Source: a virus
Reading direction: 5' to 3' (one strand)
Virus record (IMG/VR): IMGVR_UViG_3300029922_000014
Coordinates: 64,001 to 128,000 of that record
Length of the DNA stretch: 64,000 nucleotides
Made by a program: the position numbers and the translations under genes. The notes beneath the pieces were generated by a model. It was given only the letters and a program-made list of their open reading frames with translations. It was not told the DNA's origin and ran no database searches. Shown here piece by piece: positions 27,045 to 35,324 of this stretch (position 1 is its first letter; each line of letters begins with the position of its first letter).

Positions 27045-27293
27045 TCATGCGACGGCAGGAGGTGCAGGGTGAGGGATCCAAACAGAACCAGGACCGGGCT
27101 GCTTGGTCTCCCATATAGGTGGACCGTTAGGAATGCCCCACCCAGGGGAAAGCCCTAACGTCCCGTGGAAATAATACCGGAACTGCCACCAGCCGACAGC
27201 CGGATCCCACACCATGGCCATGTCTTCTGCCCGTGGTGTTTCTTCGGCGCAGGAACGCAGTTGCGCACGGAGTTTGTAGTCGGGCAGGCTCAT
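27045..27293 (-). CDS. Hypothetical protein
   Basis: ATGA-coupled to groES. Confidence 0.45.
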   Translation of the reverse strand: MSLPDYKLRAQLRSCAEETPRAEDMAMVWDPAVGWWQFRYYFHGTLGLSPGWGIPNGPPIWETKQPGPGSVWIPHPAPPAVA

Positions 27294-27664
27294 GACCGCG
27301 TGACCTTATACGGACGATTGACGGTGGATTTGGAGGTGCGTTGAAACAGGCGTTCAAACAAACCATCGCCTCCTTCAGGGATGGCCACCCCCAGGACATA
27401 CACCTCGCGAATGATCAGCAGGTCCTGACCTTCCGCTTTGACGTCGTTGCCCTCGTATTGCTTGAAGTAGACGTAGTCGCCCACCTGCACTTCGACGGGG
27501 ATGCGGACGCCGCGCTTGTTGCGCAGGCCGGGACCGACGGCGATCACGGTGCCTTCGAGGGTGAGCGCATGGAGGTTATCCGGCGCCAGGATGCGGCCGA
27601 TGGTGATGACGTCGCGGGGCTTGGCGCGGCGGATGGCGAGGTTGTCGTCGATGAGAGTCAGCAT
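27290..27664 (-). CDS. groES: Co-chaperonin GroES (Cpn10)
   Basis: EGTVIAVGPG.....G.RIPVEVQVGD.V.F..Y.G..VK..G...LIIRE..VLGV. Confidence 0.85.
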   Translation of the reverse strand: MLTLIDDNLAIRRAKPRDVITIGRILAPDNLHALTLEGTVIAVGPGLRNKRGVRIPVEVQVGDYVYFKQYEGNDVKAEGQDLLIIREVYVLGVAIPEGGDGLFERLFQRTSKSTVNRPYKVTRS

Positions 27665-27774
27665 GGGAGTCCTTCGTTGAGGCTGAGGCAGGTTGAACGA
27701 TGGGATCACCCGCGGGATGGGCGGCAGCGGATCACCAGATCGGTGAAATAAAACGTCACGGCTCAGAAGAGTAG

Positions 27775-28305
27775 CCATGAATTACTTTCTGCGCTTCGTG
27801 AAGGCAGAGGTCAGCATGGAAGTCCTTCACAGGGAATGTTGTGTTCTTTCATCAGTGCGCAGATCAATTCAAAGGCAGCACGGTCGCAGCAACCTGGACG
27901 GATGATGTCCCGATAGCGACTGGAACGCTCGAAGTGTCCGATCTCGGTAGTGGTATAGAACGAACCGCCACACGGCCACCAGCGCACAGGAGATGTCGAT
28001 GGCAGCATGGATGAGTTGTACGCATCCCACGGAACTTCGTTCTCGTCTTGGAATGACAAGTCATCATCGTTTGCGCTGCGTGCCCAGGTGAACAATTGAT
28101 CCGGAAAGGTGCTGGCGTGGTGCGGTAGTGCGGCAATGCACTCGTCGAAGTCCGGGCGATCATTCAGAATCGCAGCGGTGCAGGCGTCCATGAATGAATC
28201 ACGGAAGTGCTCACCGCGATGTTTGCCGCAGTCGAAGTATTGTTTCCGCTTCGCGTCGATGATGTAGTAGAAGACGCCCATGGGTTACTTTCTGCGCTTC
28301 GTAAA
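27775..28305. repeat. 28-bp imperfect direct repeat (27775-27802 and 28278-28305) flanking one gene
   Basis: 25/28 identical; 18-bp exact core TTACTTTCTGCGCTTCGT. Confidence 0.8.
27811..28281 (-). CDS. Hypothetical protein
   Basis: Lies between the direct repeats. Confidence 0.55.
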   Translation of the reverse strand: MGVFYYIIDAKRKQYFDCGKHRGEHFRDSFMDACTAAILNDRPDFDECIAALPHHASTFPDQLFTWARSANDDDLSFQDENEVPWDAYNSSMLPSTSPVRWWPCGGSFYTTTEIGHFERSSRYRDIIRPGCCDRAAFELICALMKEHNIPCEGLPC

Positions 28306-28770
28306 AGTGGAATTGTTCCAATTGTCGGTGTACAGGAGCAGGCCGCCATTGCGACCGCAGCGACTCCGCATGCGGTCTTCTGCGCTGCACAGGTCATGCA
28401 AAAAGGTCCTGCGCTGTGGGCTTTCGCTGTCTAACCACAGCGCAATCACATTCCGGCCGAGCAACACGCGTTCGTCGATGTCAGTCAGAAAGGTGACTTC
28501 CAGACCATAGCAGGACGCTTCAAACCGATGCGTTACGCCGCGATGCGCATGGATTCCGTAGGCGGTCAGCGCTGTGATCATCGCCTCCACATATCGGGCA
28601 GGGACGACCACGCATGCATGCTGTCCGGATATCATGGTGGCGGCGGTGTGCTTGATGGACTTCATCAAGAGCGGAATCGCCACCGCGATTTTATCTGCGG
28701 GCAGGTTGACGAAGGGAAGATCGAAGTTGTAGCCGTCGACGATCCGCTGATCTTCGGATGAAAGCGTCAT
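28285..28770 (-). CDS. Hypothetical protein
   Basis: GGAG SD. Confidence 0.55.
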   Translation of the reverse strand: MTLSSEDQRIVDGYNFDLPFVNLPADKIAVAIPLLMKSIKHTAATMISGQHACVVVPARYVEAMITALTAYGIHAHRGVTHRFEASCYGLEVTFLTDIDERVLLGRNVIALWLDSESPQRRTFLHDLCSAEDRMRSRCGRNGGLLLYTDNWNNSTFTKRRK

Positions 28771-28772
28771 GG

Positions 28773-29351
28773 CTAAAGCTCCCACGCGTCATACATGCGC
28801 TCTGCCTCGAACCAGTCCGCCTCAGCAAACCCGTCGACGCGTCCACGCTTCTCGTACAGGCCATAGGCGATCACTGCGATTTGTGCGTGTCGGTAGCGCG
28901 CGTACTGGTGATGAGCACCGCGCCGCGTCGCCTCTTCGGCTACGTAGTCGACGGCGCGCTTCTCCATCGCTGCAAGAATGCCCTGACGCTCTTCGGCGCT
29001 CAGGGCAGGTGCCGGGGCTTCCATTTCATCCAGCCCCGTAGTGGCCTCTTCCTCGTCTTCGTCGCGCGCAAGGATCTCCGGCACCTTGGCGAACTCCGCC
29101 AGCAGGATGGCCATCACTTCGTCGACGCTCATCCACCCATGCGACGGGTCGTGCCCATCAGCGTGATGGACCATCTGCTTCTTCGGCCAGACAGGGTCGT
29201 CTCCCGGACGCACGACCTGCAACGACCAGTCCCCATGCCGCGCACGGAAATAGAACGGGAAGCCGTGCATGGTGCCACTGGCTTGCGCGGGACAGGCGCC
29301 GCCAATGTCGGTGATGACAAGGCCGGCGGGGAGAGTTTCGAGACTGATCAT
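28773..29351 (-). CDS. Hypothetical protein with C-terminal DUF2934-like domain
   Basis: IA..AY.LYEKRG...G.AEADW.EAER. Confidence 0.6.
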   Translation of the reverse strand: MISLETLPAGLVITDIGGACPAQASGTMHGFPFYFRARHGDWSLQVVRPGDDPVWPKKQMVHHADGHDPSHGWMSVDEVMAILLAEFAKVPEILARDEDEEEATTGLDEMEAPAPALSAEERQGILAAMEKRAVDYVAEEATRRGAHHQYARYRHAQIAVIAYGLYEKRGRVDGFAEADWFEAERMYDAWEL

Positions 29352-29650
29352 CGTAGTGCCTTCTTGAGTTTGTTGCGGGTCTTGCGGTACGCCTTCTTGT
29401 CGATCGGCTGCTTGCCGGTGCCCTTTCGGTAAAAGCCGGATCGGCGCAGGTCATCTTCCTTCGCCGCCTGCACGTTCATGTCCACACCGTTCATCCAGGT
29501 GATGAAGTGGGCGTTGGTGGTTTGGCGAAAGTGGCCGCCCTTGGCATGCAAAGCCTCCGCCTCATCCGCGAATGCCATCGGCACGGGGTAACCGTAGTAG
29601 GACGGAACGGGATCGACGGTCTCTTGCATGACACTTCCTCGGATTGACAC
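29348..29650 (-). CDS. Hypothetical protein
   Basis: GTG inside Box A, or a downstream ATG with GAGG. Confidence 0.5.
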   Translation of the reverse strand: MSIRGSVMQETVDPVPSYYGYPVPMAFADEAEALHAKGGHFRQTTNAHFITWMNGVDMNVQAAKEDDLRRSGFYRKGTGKQPIDKKAYRKTRNKLKKALR

Positions 29651-29657
29651 GATGTCA
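29645..29657. promoter_or_regulatory. Box A palindrome
   Basis: Exact copy at a gene junction. Confidence 0.85.
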
Positions 29658-29658
29658 G

Positions 29659-29967
29659 TTAGCGATTCTCGACTTGCTCAGGCAGCGCTTCGATCTCGGC
29701 GGGAAAGAAGCGGATCTCCTGGAACCGCGGCGTGGCTTGCGGTCCGTTGTCGATGCGACAGATAAACACGTAACCGGAATCGGCCAGTTCCGACTTCATG
29801 ATCGTCGCTTGCGCGTGGCTGGACTTGATGACTACGACCTGCCCGACGGTAAATACGTGGCGGTTCCGTATCAGCACGATGGCCGGAATAATCATTCCGG
29901 CGATGATTGCGAGGATGCTGATGACGATCAGCAGTTCGATGATGGTGAAACCTTTGATCGTTTTCAC
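29659..29967 (-). CDS. Prepilin-type (type IV pilin/pseudopilin-like) protein
   Basis: K-G|FTIIELLIVISILAIIAGMIIPA class III signal with E+5. Confidence 0.85.
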   Translation of the reverse strand: MKTIKGFTIIELLIVISILAIIAGMIIPAIVLIRNRHVFTVGQVVVIKSSHAQATIMKSELADSGYVFICRIDNGPQATPRFQEIRFFPAEIEALPEQVENR

Positions 29968-30500
29968 GGGTGCAGCCCTTGGGTGTTGAGCGCTTTGATG
30001 CGCGCTTCTTTTTCAAAGCGCTGCTTCGTTTCGATGTCGCGATAGTTCCAGCGCGGCGCGATGGTGCCATCCGGCCGCAGCCGAAACTCATCCACTGACC
30101 ACCACGTCAGCGAACCGACGACGGCCCAGCGTTCGTGTGCCCAGCGCATGCTGTCACCGACGAGGTCAACATAGGTGATGATGAAGCCGCGGTGGCGCGG
30201 GAGCGGAACGTAGTTGGGCGAGAGGAAGATGGATGCTGGCGGATCGGGACGGCGGTCTTTGATCAGCAGACCTTCAGCGATCCAGCGCCAGCCCAGTTCG
30301 GTCAGGTGCTTCGGCGCTTGGCCCTCCCAGCGTAGTCCTTCCGGGCTGTTCCACAGCCAGTCCCAGGCTTCGCGGTCATCCGTGGCAACCGCGTCGATGA
30401 GCATGGCGCCCATGTCCTGCGCGCTGTGCCGGTAACGGTCGCAACTGAACTCGAACACTTCGCCTCGGTCGAGGTCTGCGAGACTGCGAGCGTCGGTCAT
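29964..30500 (-). CDS. Hypothetical protein
   Basis: ATGA-coupled. Confidence 0.55.
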   Translation of the reverse strand: MTDARSLADLDRGEVFEFSCDRYRHSAQDMGAMLIDAVATDDREAWDWLWNSPEGLRWEGQAPKHLTELGWRWIAEGLLIKDRRPDPPASIFLSPNYVPLPRHRGFIITYVDLVGDSMRWAHERWAVVGSLTWWSVDEFRLRPDGTIAPRWNYRDIETKQRFEKEARIKALNTQGLHP

Positions 30501-30862
30501 TGGAGCTTCCCGTCGACGACATGCGCGCAGACGTGCGTCTCGTACGAGGGGATGTATGCCGGGCAGGTTGGGCAACGAACCACCGGGGTGATGCGGATGG
30601 CGCCGGTGAACCCAAGAGGAGGGTTGTCGATGAGGGCATGAGCCTCCTTATGGCTTACCGCCATGTCCCACAACCCTTGGCCTTTAATCCAAGCCACTTC
30701 GGTGGTGTTGCGAACAAGCCCCTCAACGCGGTACATCTCTTCGCGCTTGGGCTCCGTAGTGGCTTCCATACGTGCCACCGCAGCCAGCCCTGCGTCCAGT
30801 TCTGGCTGGGTCGGGCGGCCGAGCGTGTGCAGGACCTTGCGGATGATGTCGGCGTCGGTCAT
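30497..30862 (-). CDS. Hypothetical protein
   Basis: GGAG SD, ATGA-coupled. Confidence 0.55.
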   Translation of the reverse strand: MTDADIIRKVLHTLGRPTQPELDAGLAAVARMEATTEPKREEMYRVEGLVRNTTEVAWIKGQGLWDMAVSHKEAHALIDNPPLGFTGAIRITPVVRCPTCPAYIPSYETHVCAHVVDGKLQ

Positions 30863-31101
30863 GACGCAAACTCCCCGCGCCACGCTTCGTCGCGGTCAGT
30901 GTATGGATCCGGTTCAACGCTGATGATGCGGCAGCCACAGAAGCGCATGGGCTTTCCATCCACAATCGCTTCGTAGTCGAACTTGTCAGCGTCAGGAGCA
31001 GCTGCCAGTACGGCAGCAAGCTGTCGGCGCCATTGTTCTAACAACGCAGACACGCTGGTATCAATGTGCTGTTCAATCATATCATTTCTCGCGTAGTGCA
31101 C
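30859..31101 (-). CDS. Hypothetical protein (start uncertain)
   Basis: First gene after the promoter at 31100-31126. Confidence 0.45.
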   Translation of the reverse strand: MHYARNDMIEQHIDTSVSALLEQWRRQLAAVLAAAPDADKFDYEAIVDGKPMRFCGCRIISVEPDPYTDRDEAWRGEFAS

Positions 31102-31126
31102 GATATGGACCGGAACGAACTGTCAA
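31100..31126 (-). promoter_or_regulatory. Promoter TTGACA-N15-TATCGT
   Basis: Read directly; Box B-like 31089-31101 overlaps the start region. Confidence 0.65.
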
Positions 31127-31158
31127 CGACCAGTGAAAGAACTTCGCCCGCTGCATGT

Positions 31159-31361
31159 TGTTTCCCGCGTCATGCGACGACATGGACAGGATTCCTGCGC
31201 GTGGATGTACATAGCGCACTATGCGTTATTTCTCCCCTGGACAATATTCCTGTTTCCCGCGTCATGCGACGACATGGACAGGATTCCTGCGCGCGTGTTT
31301 TCATAGCGCATGACGCGACATTCTGCACCTGGATATAATTCCTATTTACCGCGCTATGCGG
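31159..31361. repeat. Non-coding 92-bp tandem repeat (about 2.2 units) carrying five Box B copies
   Basis: 43-bp exact repeat at 31159-31201 and 31251-31293; Box B at 31165, 31214, 31257, 31306, 31349. Confidence 0.85.
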
Positions 31362-31426
31362 TAATGGCGAGCACGAAGAGGGAAGGCTTAACCGATATCC
31401 AGGTGCGTCCGTAGTCGTCACCTGAT

Positions 31427-31439
31427 TGACATCGTGTCA
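31427..31439. promoter_or_regulatory. Box A palindrome
   Basis: Exact copy containing the stop of 31437..31772. Confidence 0.85.
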
Positions 31440-31772
31440 GTTGCCTGCATGCCCGAGAGTGCCGTCAGCCGCAGGCGGAGCCCAGTGACAGAACCCACAA
31501 ATCTTGTTTCCGTCATCCAGCTTCGCGGCGACTGGCCAACCCCCCATCGCTTTGATGGCACTGTTCAGTAGTCCGAGAGCAGACAGGGAGTCGTTGCCGG
31601 TTCCGCTGATCAGTTCGGGATCGGAGCCCAGCACGGTGCCGATGGTAACGCGGTTGCGGACCACGGCACCAAAGCCGTCAGGATCGAGGGGGAGGAGGCG
31701 ATTGAAGAGGTCGATCACCGGCTGCGAGATGCCCTTGGCGGTGCGATCGGTGAGGTCTTTGTCTTCGTGCAT
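31437..31772 (-). CDS. Hypothetical protein
   Basis: AGGA SD. Confidence 0.6.
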   Translation of the reverse strand: MHEDKDLTDRTAKGISQPVIDLFNRLLPLDPDGFGAVVRNRVTIGTVLGSDPELISGTGNDSLSALGLLNSAIKAMGGWPVAAKLDDGNKICGFCHWAPPAADGTLGHAGN

Positions 31773-32041
31773 GGGATGTCCTTCAGGATTGATTCGGCAA
31801 TAGATTGAGCGACGTGGGCAACGTAGTGTGCGTCCTGATGCTGGAAGATGTAGTCCGCGAAGTCTTTGAGTTCATCGGATGGGGTCGAAGCCGGAAGCCA
31901 GTTCATCACCTGTTCGACGCGGTAGCCTTCGACCGTGTTCCAGGCGTCGAGGAGCGCTTGGGCCTCTTTGCGGCTGTGGACGTTGTAGGGCTGGTGGGTT
32001 TGTTCGACGGCCTTGAGATAGTCGTCGCGGGTGATGGTCAT
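31715..32041 (-). CDS. Hypothetical protein
   Basis: AGGA SD, high GC3. Confidence 0.55.
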   Translation of the reverse strand: MTITRDDYLKAVEQTHQPYNVHSRKEAQALLDAWNTVEGYRVEQVMNWLPASTPSDELKDFADYIFQHQDAHYVAHVAQSIAESILKDIPCTKTKTSPIAPPRASRSR

Positions 32042-32481
32042 GGTGTCCTACCTTTGGCGTTCTTGTGCTTGACGCAGTTCCACCATCCAACCGACTTGCA
32101 GCGCCGACAGTCGTCAGGCGGAAGGATCTTGCGGCAGGCGGTGGCGTACTTCTCCGCTTCCTTTTGCGCCTTCGCCCGATCGGGGCGGGGCTTGGCCTTG
32201 TGGATGGTGCTTCCTGTCAGTTGCTTGGGCATCTTCGCATTCCAGACCTTGACCAGGACGGTGTCCCGGCGCTTGGTCAGTCTGCGGATGAGCTTGGTCA
32301 GTTGATGGGCCTTCTTGGCTTGCGCCTGCCATGCTTCGTAGTCGCAGGGGCGCACCCGGGTCATGGCAGAGAGTTGCCGGGCGATGGTCCCACGAATGGT
32401 GTGCATGCGGGCATGAATGCCCTTCAGGTCTGCATTGGCTGAGTCGATCTGCTGCTTCAAGACGGACGGGGTGAGGTTCAC
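32038..32481 (-). CDS. Basic coiled-coil hypothetical protein
   Basis: Lys/Arg-rich heptads. Confidence 0.5.
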   Translation of the reverse strand: MNLTPSVLKQQIDSANADLKGIHARMHTIRGTIARQLSAMTRVRPCDYEAWQAQAKKAHQLTKLIRRLTKRRDTVLVKVWNAKMPKQLTGSTIHKAKPRPDRAKAQKEAEKYATACRKILPPDDCRRCKSVGWWNCVKHKNAKGRTP

Positions 32482-32485
32482 GGGG

Positions 32486-32865
32486 TCACGCCTTGCCGTT
32501 GCAGGTCTTGCACGGGCGTTGGTGTGGCTCCAGGCGGTATTGAAATGGGTCAATGCCCGTTCCGATACAGTCCTTGCACACGCCGGCCAGGGCTGGCTTT
32601 CCAGTCTCGGCCTCAACAGCCTCTTGATGAGACTTGAGCACTGGGGTGTTGTCAGCGGTCAGGCGGCGGCCTCGGCCGAGGCAAGCGTCACAGCGGGTCA
32701 TACTTCCATGCCCGGTGTCGATGTACGCTTTGCCTTGGCAGGCGGTGCACTTCGCTTTGTAGTCGATGGTGTTGCCGGCCAGCATATCCCCGGCGATGAG
32801 CATGAGCGCCAACAATTGCTGATCAGTCAGGCGGTCAAAGTGCGGGGCGTCATGGGATTGTTCAT
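32486..32865 (-). pseudogene. DnaJ-type CxxCxGxG zinc-finger protein with apparent 5' frameshift
   Basis: Four CxxCxGxG/K motifs; the ATGA-coupled start at 32865 is out of frame by one base at a C4 run (32844-32847). Confidence 0.45.
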
Positions 32866-33161
32866 GCGTTGGCCTTGAGGAGGTTGTCCATGTCGGCCAG
32901 GAAGTTGGCTTCCGTGATGTAGCCGTAGAGTGGTTTGGCGCCTGGGGTAACGATGGCGGCGCCTTTCATCTCTTCCTGCGTGCCCCAGATAAGATCCCCT
33001 CCGAATGTTTCGATCAGGATGATCGGTTCTTTGCCGCCGGTGATCAGGAGAATGGAATGGGCGTGGGCTCTGATCGACTTGAACAGGATCTCCTGAAGGT
33101 CGGGCAGGTCGCTGAGCGAAGCAGAGGCGGCTTCGAGTTCTTCAAAGGGAGGGAGCGTCAC
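32862..33161 (-). CDS. Hypothetical protein
   Basis: ORF after Box A. Confidence 0.55.
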   Translation of the reverse strand: MTLPPFEELEAASASLSDLPDLQEILFKSIRAHAHSILLITGGKEPIILIETFGGDLIWGTQEEMKGAAIVTPGAKPLYGYITEANFLADMDNLLKANA

Positions 33162-33176
33162 GTCAGGTCATCCAAT

Positions 33177-33189
33177 TGACACGGTGTCA
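33177..33189. promoter_or_regulatory. Box A palindrome (CGG core)
   Basis: TGACACGGTGTCA, contains the stop of 33187..33576. Confidence 0.8.
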
Positions 33190-33576
33190 GTCCGTGTAGC
33201 AGGCATGATGGGCGGTTCCGGGTTGCCGGTCCTCGTTGTGAGGCTCCACAGAGGCGCTGGAAGGCTGTTGTACGGACTTTCCTGTCTTCTTGGCCACGCG
33301 GGGAGGGTCTGACTGTTTCATAGCCTTTGCGGGGCTTGCAGCAGGTTCTTTGGAATCAGCCGAAACGGCATAAGGGGCGGGCTTGTTGATGGGCATCCAG
33401 GCAGTTATTGACCGCGCAAGCTTGCAAACGATACGAGGACCGCCCACGGTGAGGAAGAGCGGGTGTAAAGCATGGAACGTCGCCCACTCCACACACCCGT
33501 TACGCGTGATCCAGCACTCCTGCCCATCGTCAGGCAGCCGTTCCGCAATCGGGATCCAGAGTTCGGTGGTGCTCAT
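33187..33576 (-). CDS. DUF551-like phage protein
   Basis: WIPIAERLP..GQE...ITAWMPI..P. Confidence 0.65.
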   Translation of the reverse strand: MSTTELWIPIAERLPDDGQECWITRNGCVEWATFHALHPLFLTVGGPRIVCKLARSITAWMPINKPAPYAVSADSKEPAASPAKAMKQSDPPRVAKKTGKSVQQPSSASVEPHNEDRQPGTAHHACYTD

Positions 33577-33589
33577 GGCTGTGAGGAAG

Positions 33590-33639
33590 AGCGTACCAGA
33601 TCGAATGGCGCGTCAACCAGTATTTTCCGCATCATGCCG
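33590..33639 (-). promoter_or_regulatory. Promoter TTGACG-N15-TACGCT with Box B (33627-33639)
   Basis: Read directly from sequence. Confidence 0.65.
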
Positions 33640-33693
33640 GAAGTATGTTCAGAATCCAAAGTCGGAATCAGGCACGGCGCTGTTGTCCTAAGT

Positions 33694-34887
33694 TCACGTA
33701 TTCACCGTGCAAATAGGTTCCTGCTTCACAGACGGTAGTTTCGTCCCGGTCTTACGACCAGGGCCAGAGCTTCCATCTCCACAGGCGTTTATTCCCGCGC
33801 AACTCGCGGTATGGATATTTTTTGCGGCATTCAGATCACGGTCGAGCGTGAAGCCACATGCAGTACAGGAAAAGACCCGCTCTGCGAGCGGAAGGGAATC
33901 TTTCTTGTGACCACAGCTTGAACAGGTCTTTGACGAAGGAAACCAGCGGTCGACGACAAACACCGATTGCGCTTTGTATTCCAGTTGACGTCGAATCTCA
34001 CTGAATCCCACGTCATTCAAGGCGCGTGAAAGATGGCGGTTTGCCATCATGCCTTTCACGTTGAGGTCTTCGAGACCGACAGAACCATACTGCTTGGCTA
34101 TCGCCGTAGTGGTCTTGTGCTGCCAGTCTTTTCTGATTTGAGCTATCCGCCAATGCTGACGACTGAGACGAGCAACGGCTTTCTTCCGGTTGCTGGATCC
34201 TTTGACTTTGCGAGAGACGAAACGAGAGAGACGCTTCAAACGTTCGAGAGCAGACTTGAGCGGTTTGGGAGACTGAAAGGTAGTGCCGTCGGAGAGAACC
34301 AGAGCAGTCTTCAATCCGAGGTCGATGCCGACAGCGGGCTTTGACACGATGTCAGTTGGCGGATCGGGAAGTTCGACTTGAACGGAAAGCCACCAGCGTT
34401 GACCGACAAAAGACAAAACAGCGGAGAGTGGTTTGCCGTCGAAGCGGAGTTCTTCGTGGGTATCAACCCAACCAATATTCGGTAGTTTAACAGCTTTACC
34501 GGCGAACGAAAATGTTCCAGGTCCGTTGTCGAGACGTGCTGATTGCTTGGATTTATGTTTGCTCTTGAAGTCGGGCGGGGACATCTTTGGTCCCTTGCGC
34601 TTGCCTGAGCAGGAGTCGAAAAAGTTTTGGTAGGCGGTGCCGAGGTTGATGATCGCCTGCTGAACAACGCGCTTTGGCACATCCAACATCCAAGGGAACT
34701 CTTCACGCTTGATCGTATTCAAACTCTTCCGCAACGATCCGTCGTTCGGCTTGTACCCAGCGGCAAACTGAGCACGCCAGTGACATAATGCCCAGTTAAA
34801 GGCAAAGCGCGCCGCTCCGACGCACTGCCGGAAGAATGCTTCCTGCTTTCGCGTGGGGGCAAGCTTGATGATGTGGGCGCGGATCAC
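33694..34887 (-). CDS. tnpB: RNA-guided nuclease TnpB (IS200/IS605/IS607 OrfB type), no adjacent TnpA
   Basis: N-terminal G.ARFAFNWAL HTH; RuvC GIDLG, LEDL, DRDLNAA; CSSCG/CTACG zinc finger; omegaRNA-type tail (AGINACGDGSSG...SVKQE). Confidence 0.92.
   Translation of the reverse strand: MIRAHIIKLAPTRKQEAFFRQCVGAARFAFNWALCHWRAQFAAGYKPNDGSLRKSLNTIKREEFPWMLDVPKRVVQQAIINLGTAYQNFFDSCSGKRKGPKMSPPDFKSKHKSKQSARLDNGPGTFSFAGKAVKLPNIGWVDTHEELRFDGKPLSAVLSFVGQRWWLSVQVELPDPPTDIVSKPAVGIDLGLKTALVLSDGTTFQSPKPLKSALERLKRLSRFVSRKVKGSSNRKKAVARLSRQHWRIAQIRKDWQHKTTTAIAKQYGSVGLEDLNVKGMMANRHLSRALNDVGFSEIRRQLEYKAQSVFVVDRWFPSSKTCSSCGHKKDSLPLAERVFSCTACGFTLDRDLNAAKNIHTASCAGINACGDGSSGPGRKTGTKLPSVKQEPICTVNT
34342..34354. 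promoter_or_regulatory. Box A palindrome inside tnpB
   Basis: Exact TGACACGATGTCA in the linker before RuvC-I. Confidence 0.75.
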
Positions 34888-34894
34888 TGCACAC

Positions 34895-34922
34895 ACAATA
34901 ACAAAAAACACAGGCGTGGCCA
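34895..34922 (-). promoter_or_regulatory. Putative leaderless tnpB promoter TGGCCA-N16-TATTGT
   Basis: GTG start 7 nt after the -10, as in the other leaderless genes. Confidence 0.5.
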
Positions 34923-34938
34923 GTATCAGGTATTTCCT

Positions 34939-34976
34939 GGCGGATTGATCGGATCAAGTGGTATGGGGAGCTTCGG
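34939..34976. repeat. 38-bp exact direct repeat, copy 1 (copy 2 at 38421-38458)
   Basis: GGCGGATTGATCGGATCAAGTGGTATGGGGAGCTTCGG. Confidence 0.9.
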
Positions 34977-35289
34977 CGTCCCATCCGTAGTGGTCCTGGC
35001 CCCGGATGATCTTCCATCCGCGTTCACGTGCATAGGCGGACTTGAAGCGGCGCGCGGCGACGCGGGTAAAGAAACTGCCACCGACGCAGTGGGCTGCCTG
35101 GATTCGGAGCGGCTTGGCCTTGGGGTCTTTGACGTCCTGGTGGACGGTGTAGTAGCCGTCGCCTGACACTTGCGGCTTCTGGTCGAGGTCGGCAGTCACC
35201 CTGCGGACGTGCAGGCTGGTCGATTCCTTCTTGTCTTCCTTCGGGTCGGTGTTGTGAACGATCCAGCGGTATGGCGCGGGGTAAGTCAT
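34954..35289 (-). CDS. Hypothetical protein
   Basis: ORF in operon. Confidence 0.55.
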   Translation of the reverse strand: MTYPAPYRWIVHNTDPKEDKKESTSLHVRRVTADLDQKPQVSGDGYYTVHQDVKDPKAKPLRIQAAHCVGGSFFTRVAARRFKSAYARERGWKIIRGQDHYGWDAEAPHTT

Positions 35290-35324
35290 TGGTCAATGAG
35301 TCCAGAGAGGCGGATGCCTGATTA

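Noticed and set aside
31159-31361. Mini-CRISPR array
   Set aside because: The intervening segments are themselves similar to each other, so this is a tandem duplication rather than unique spacers
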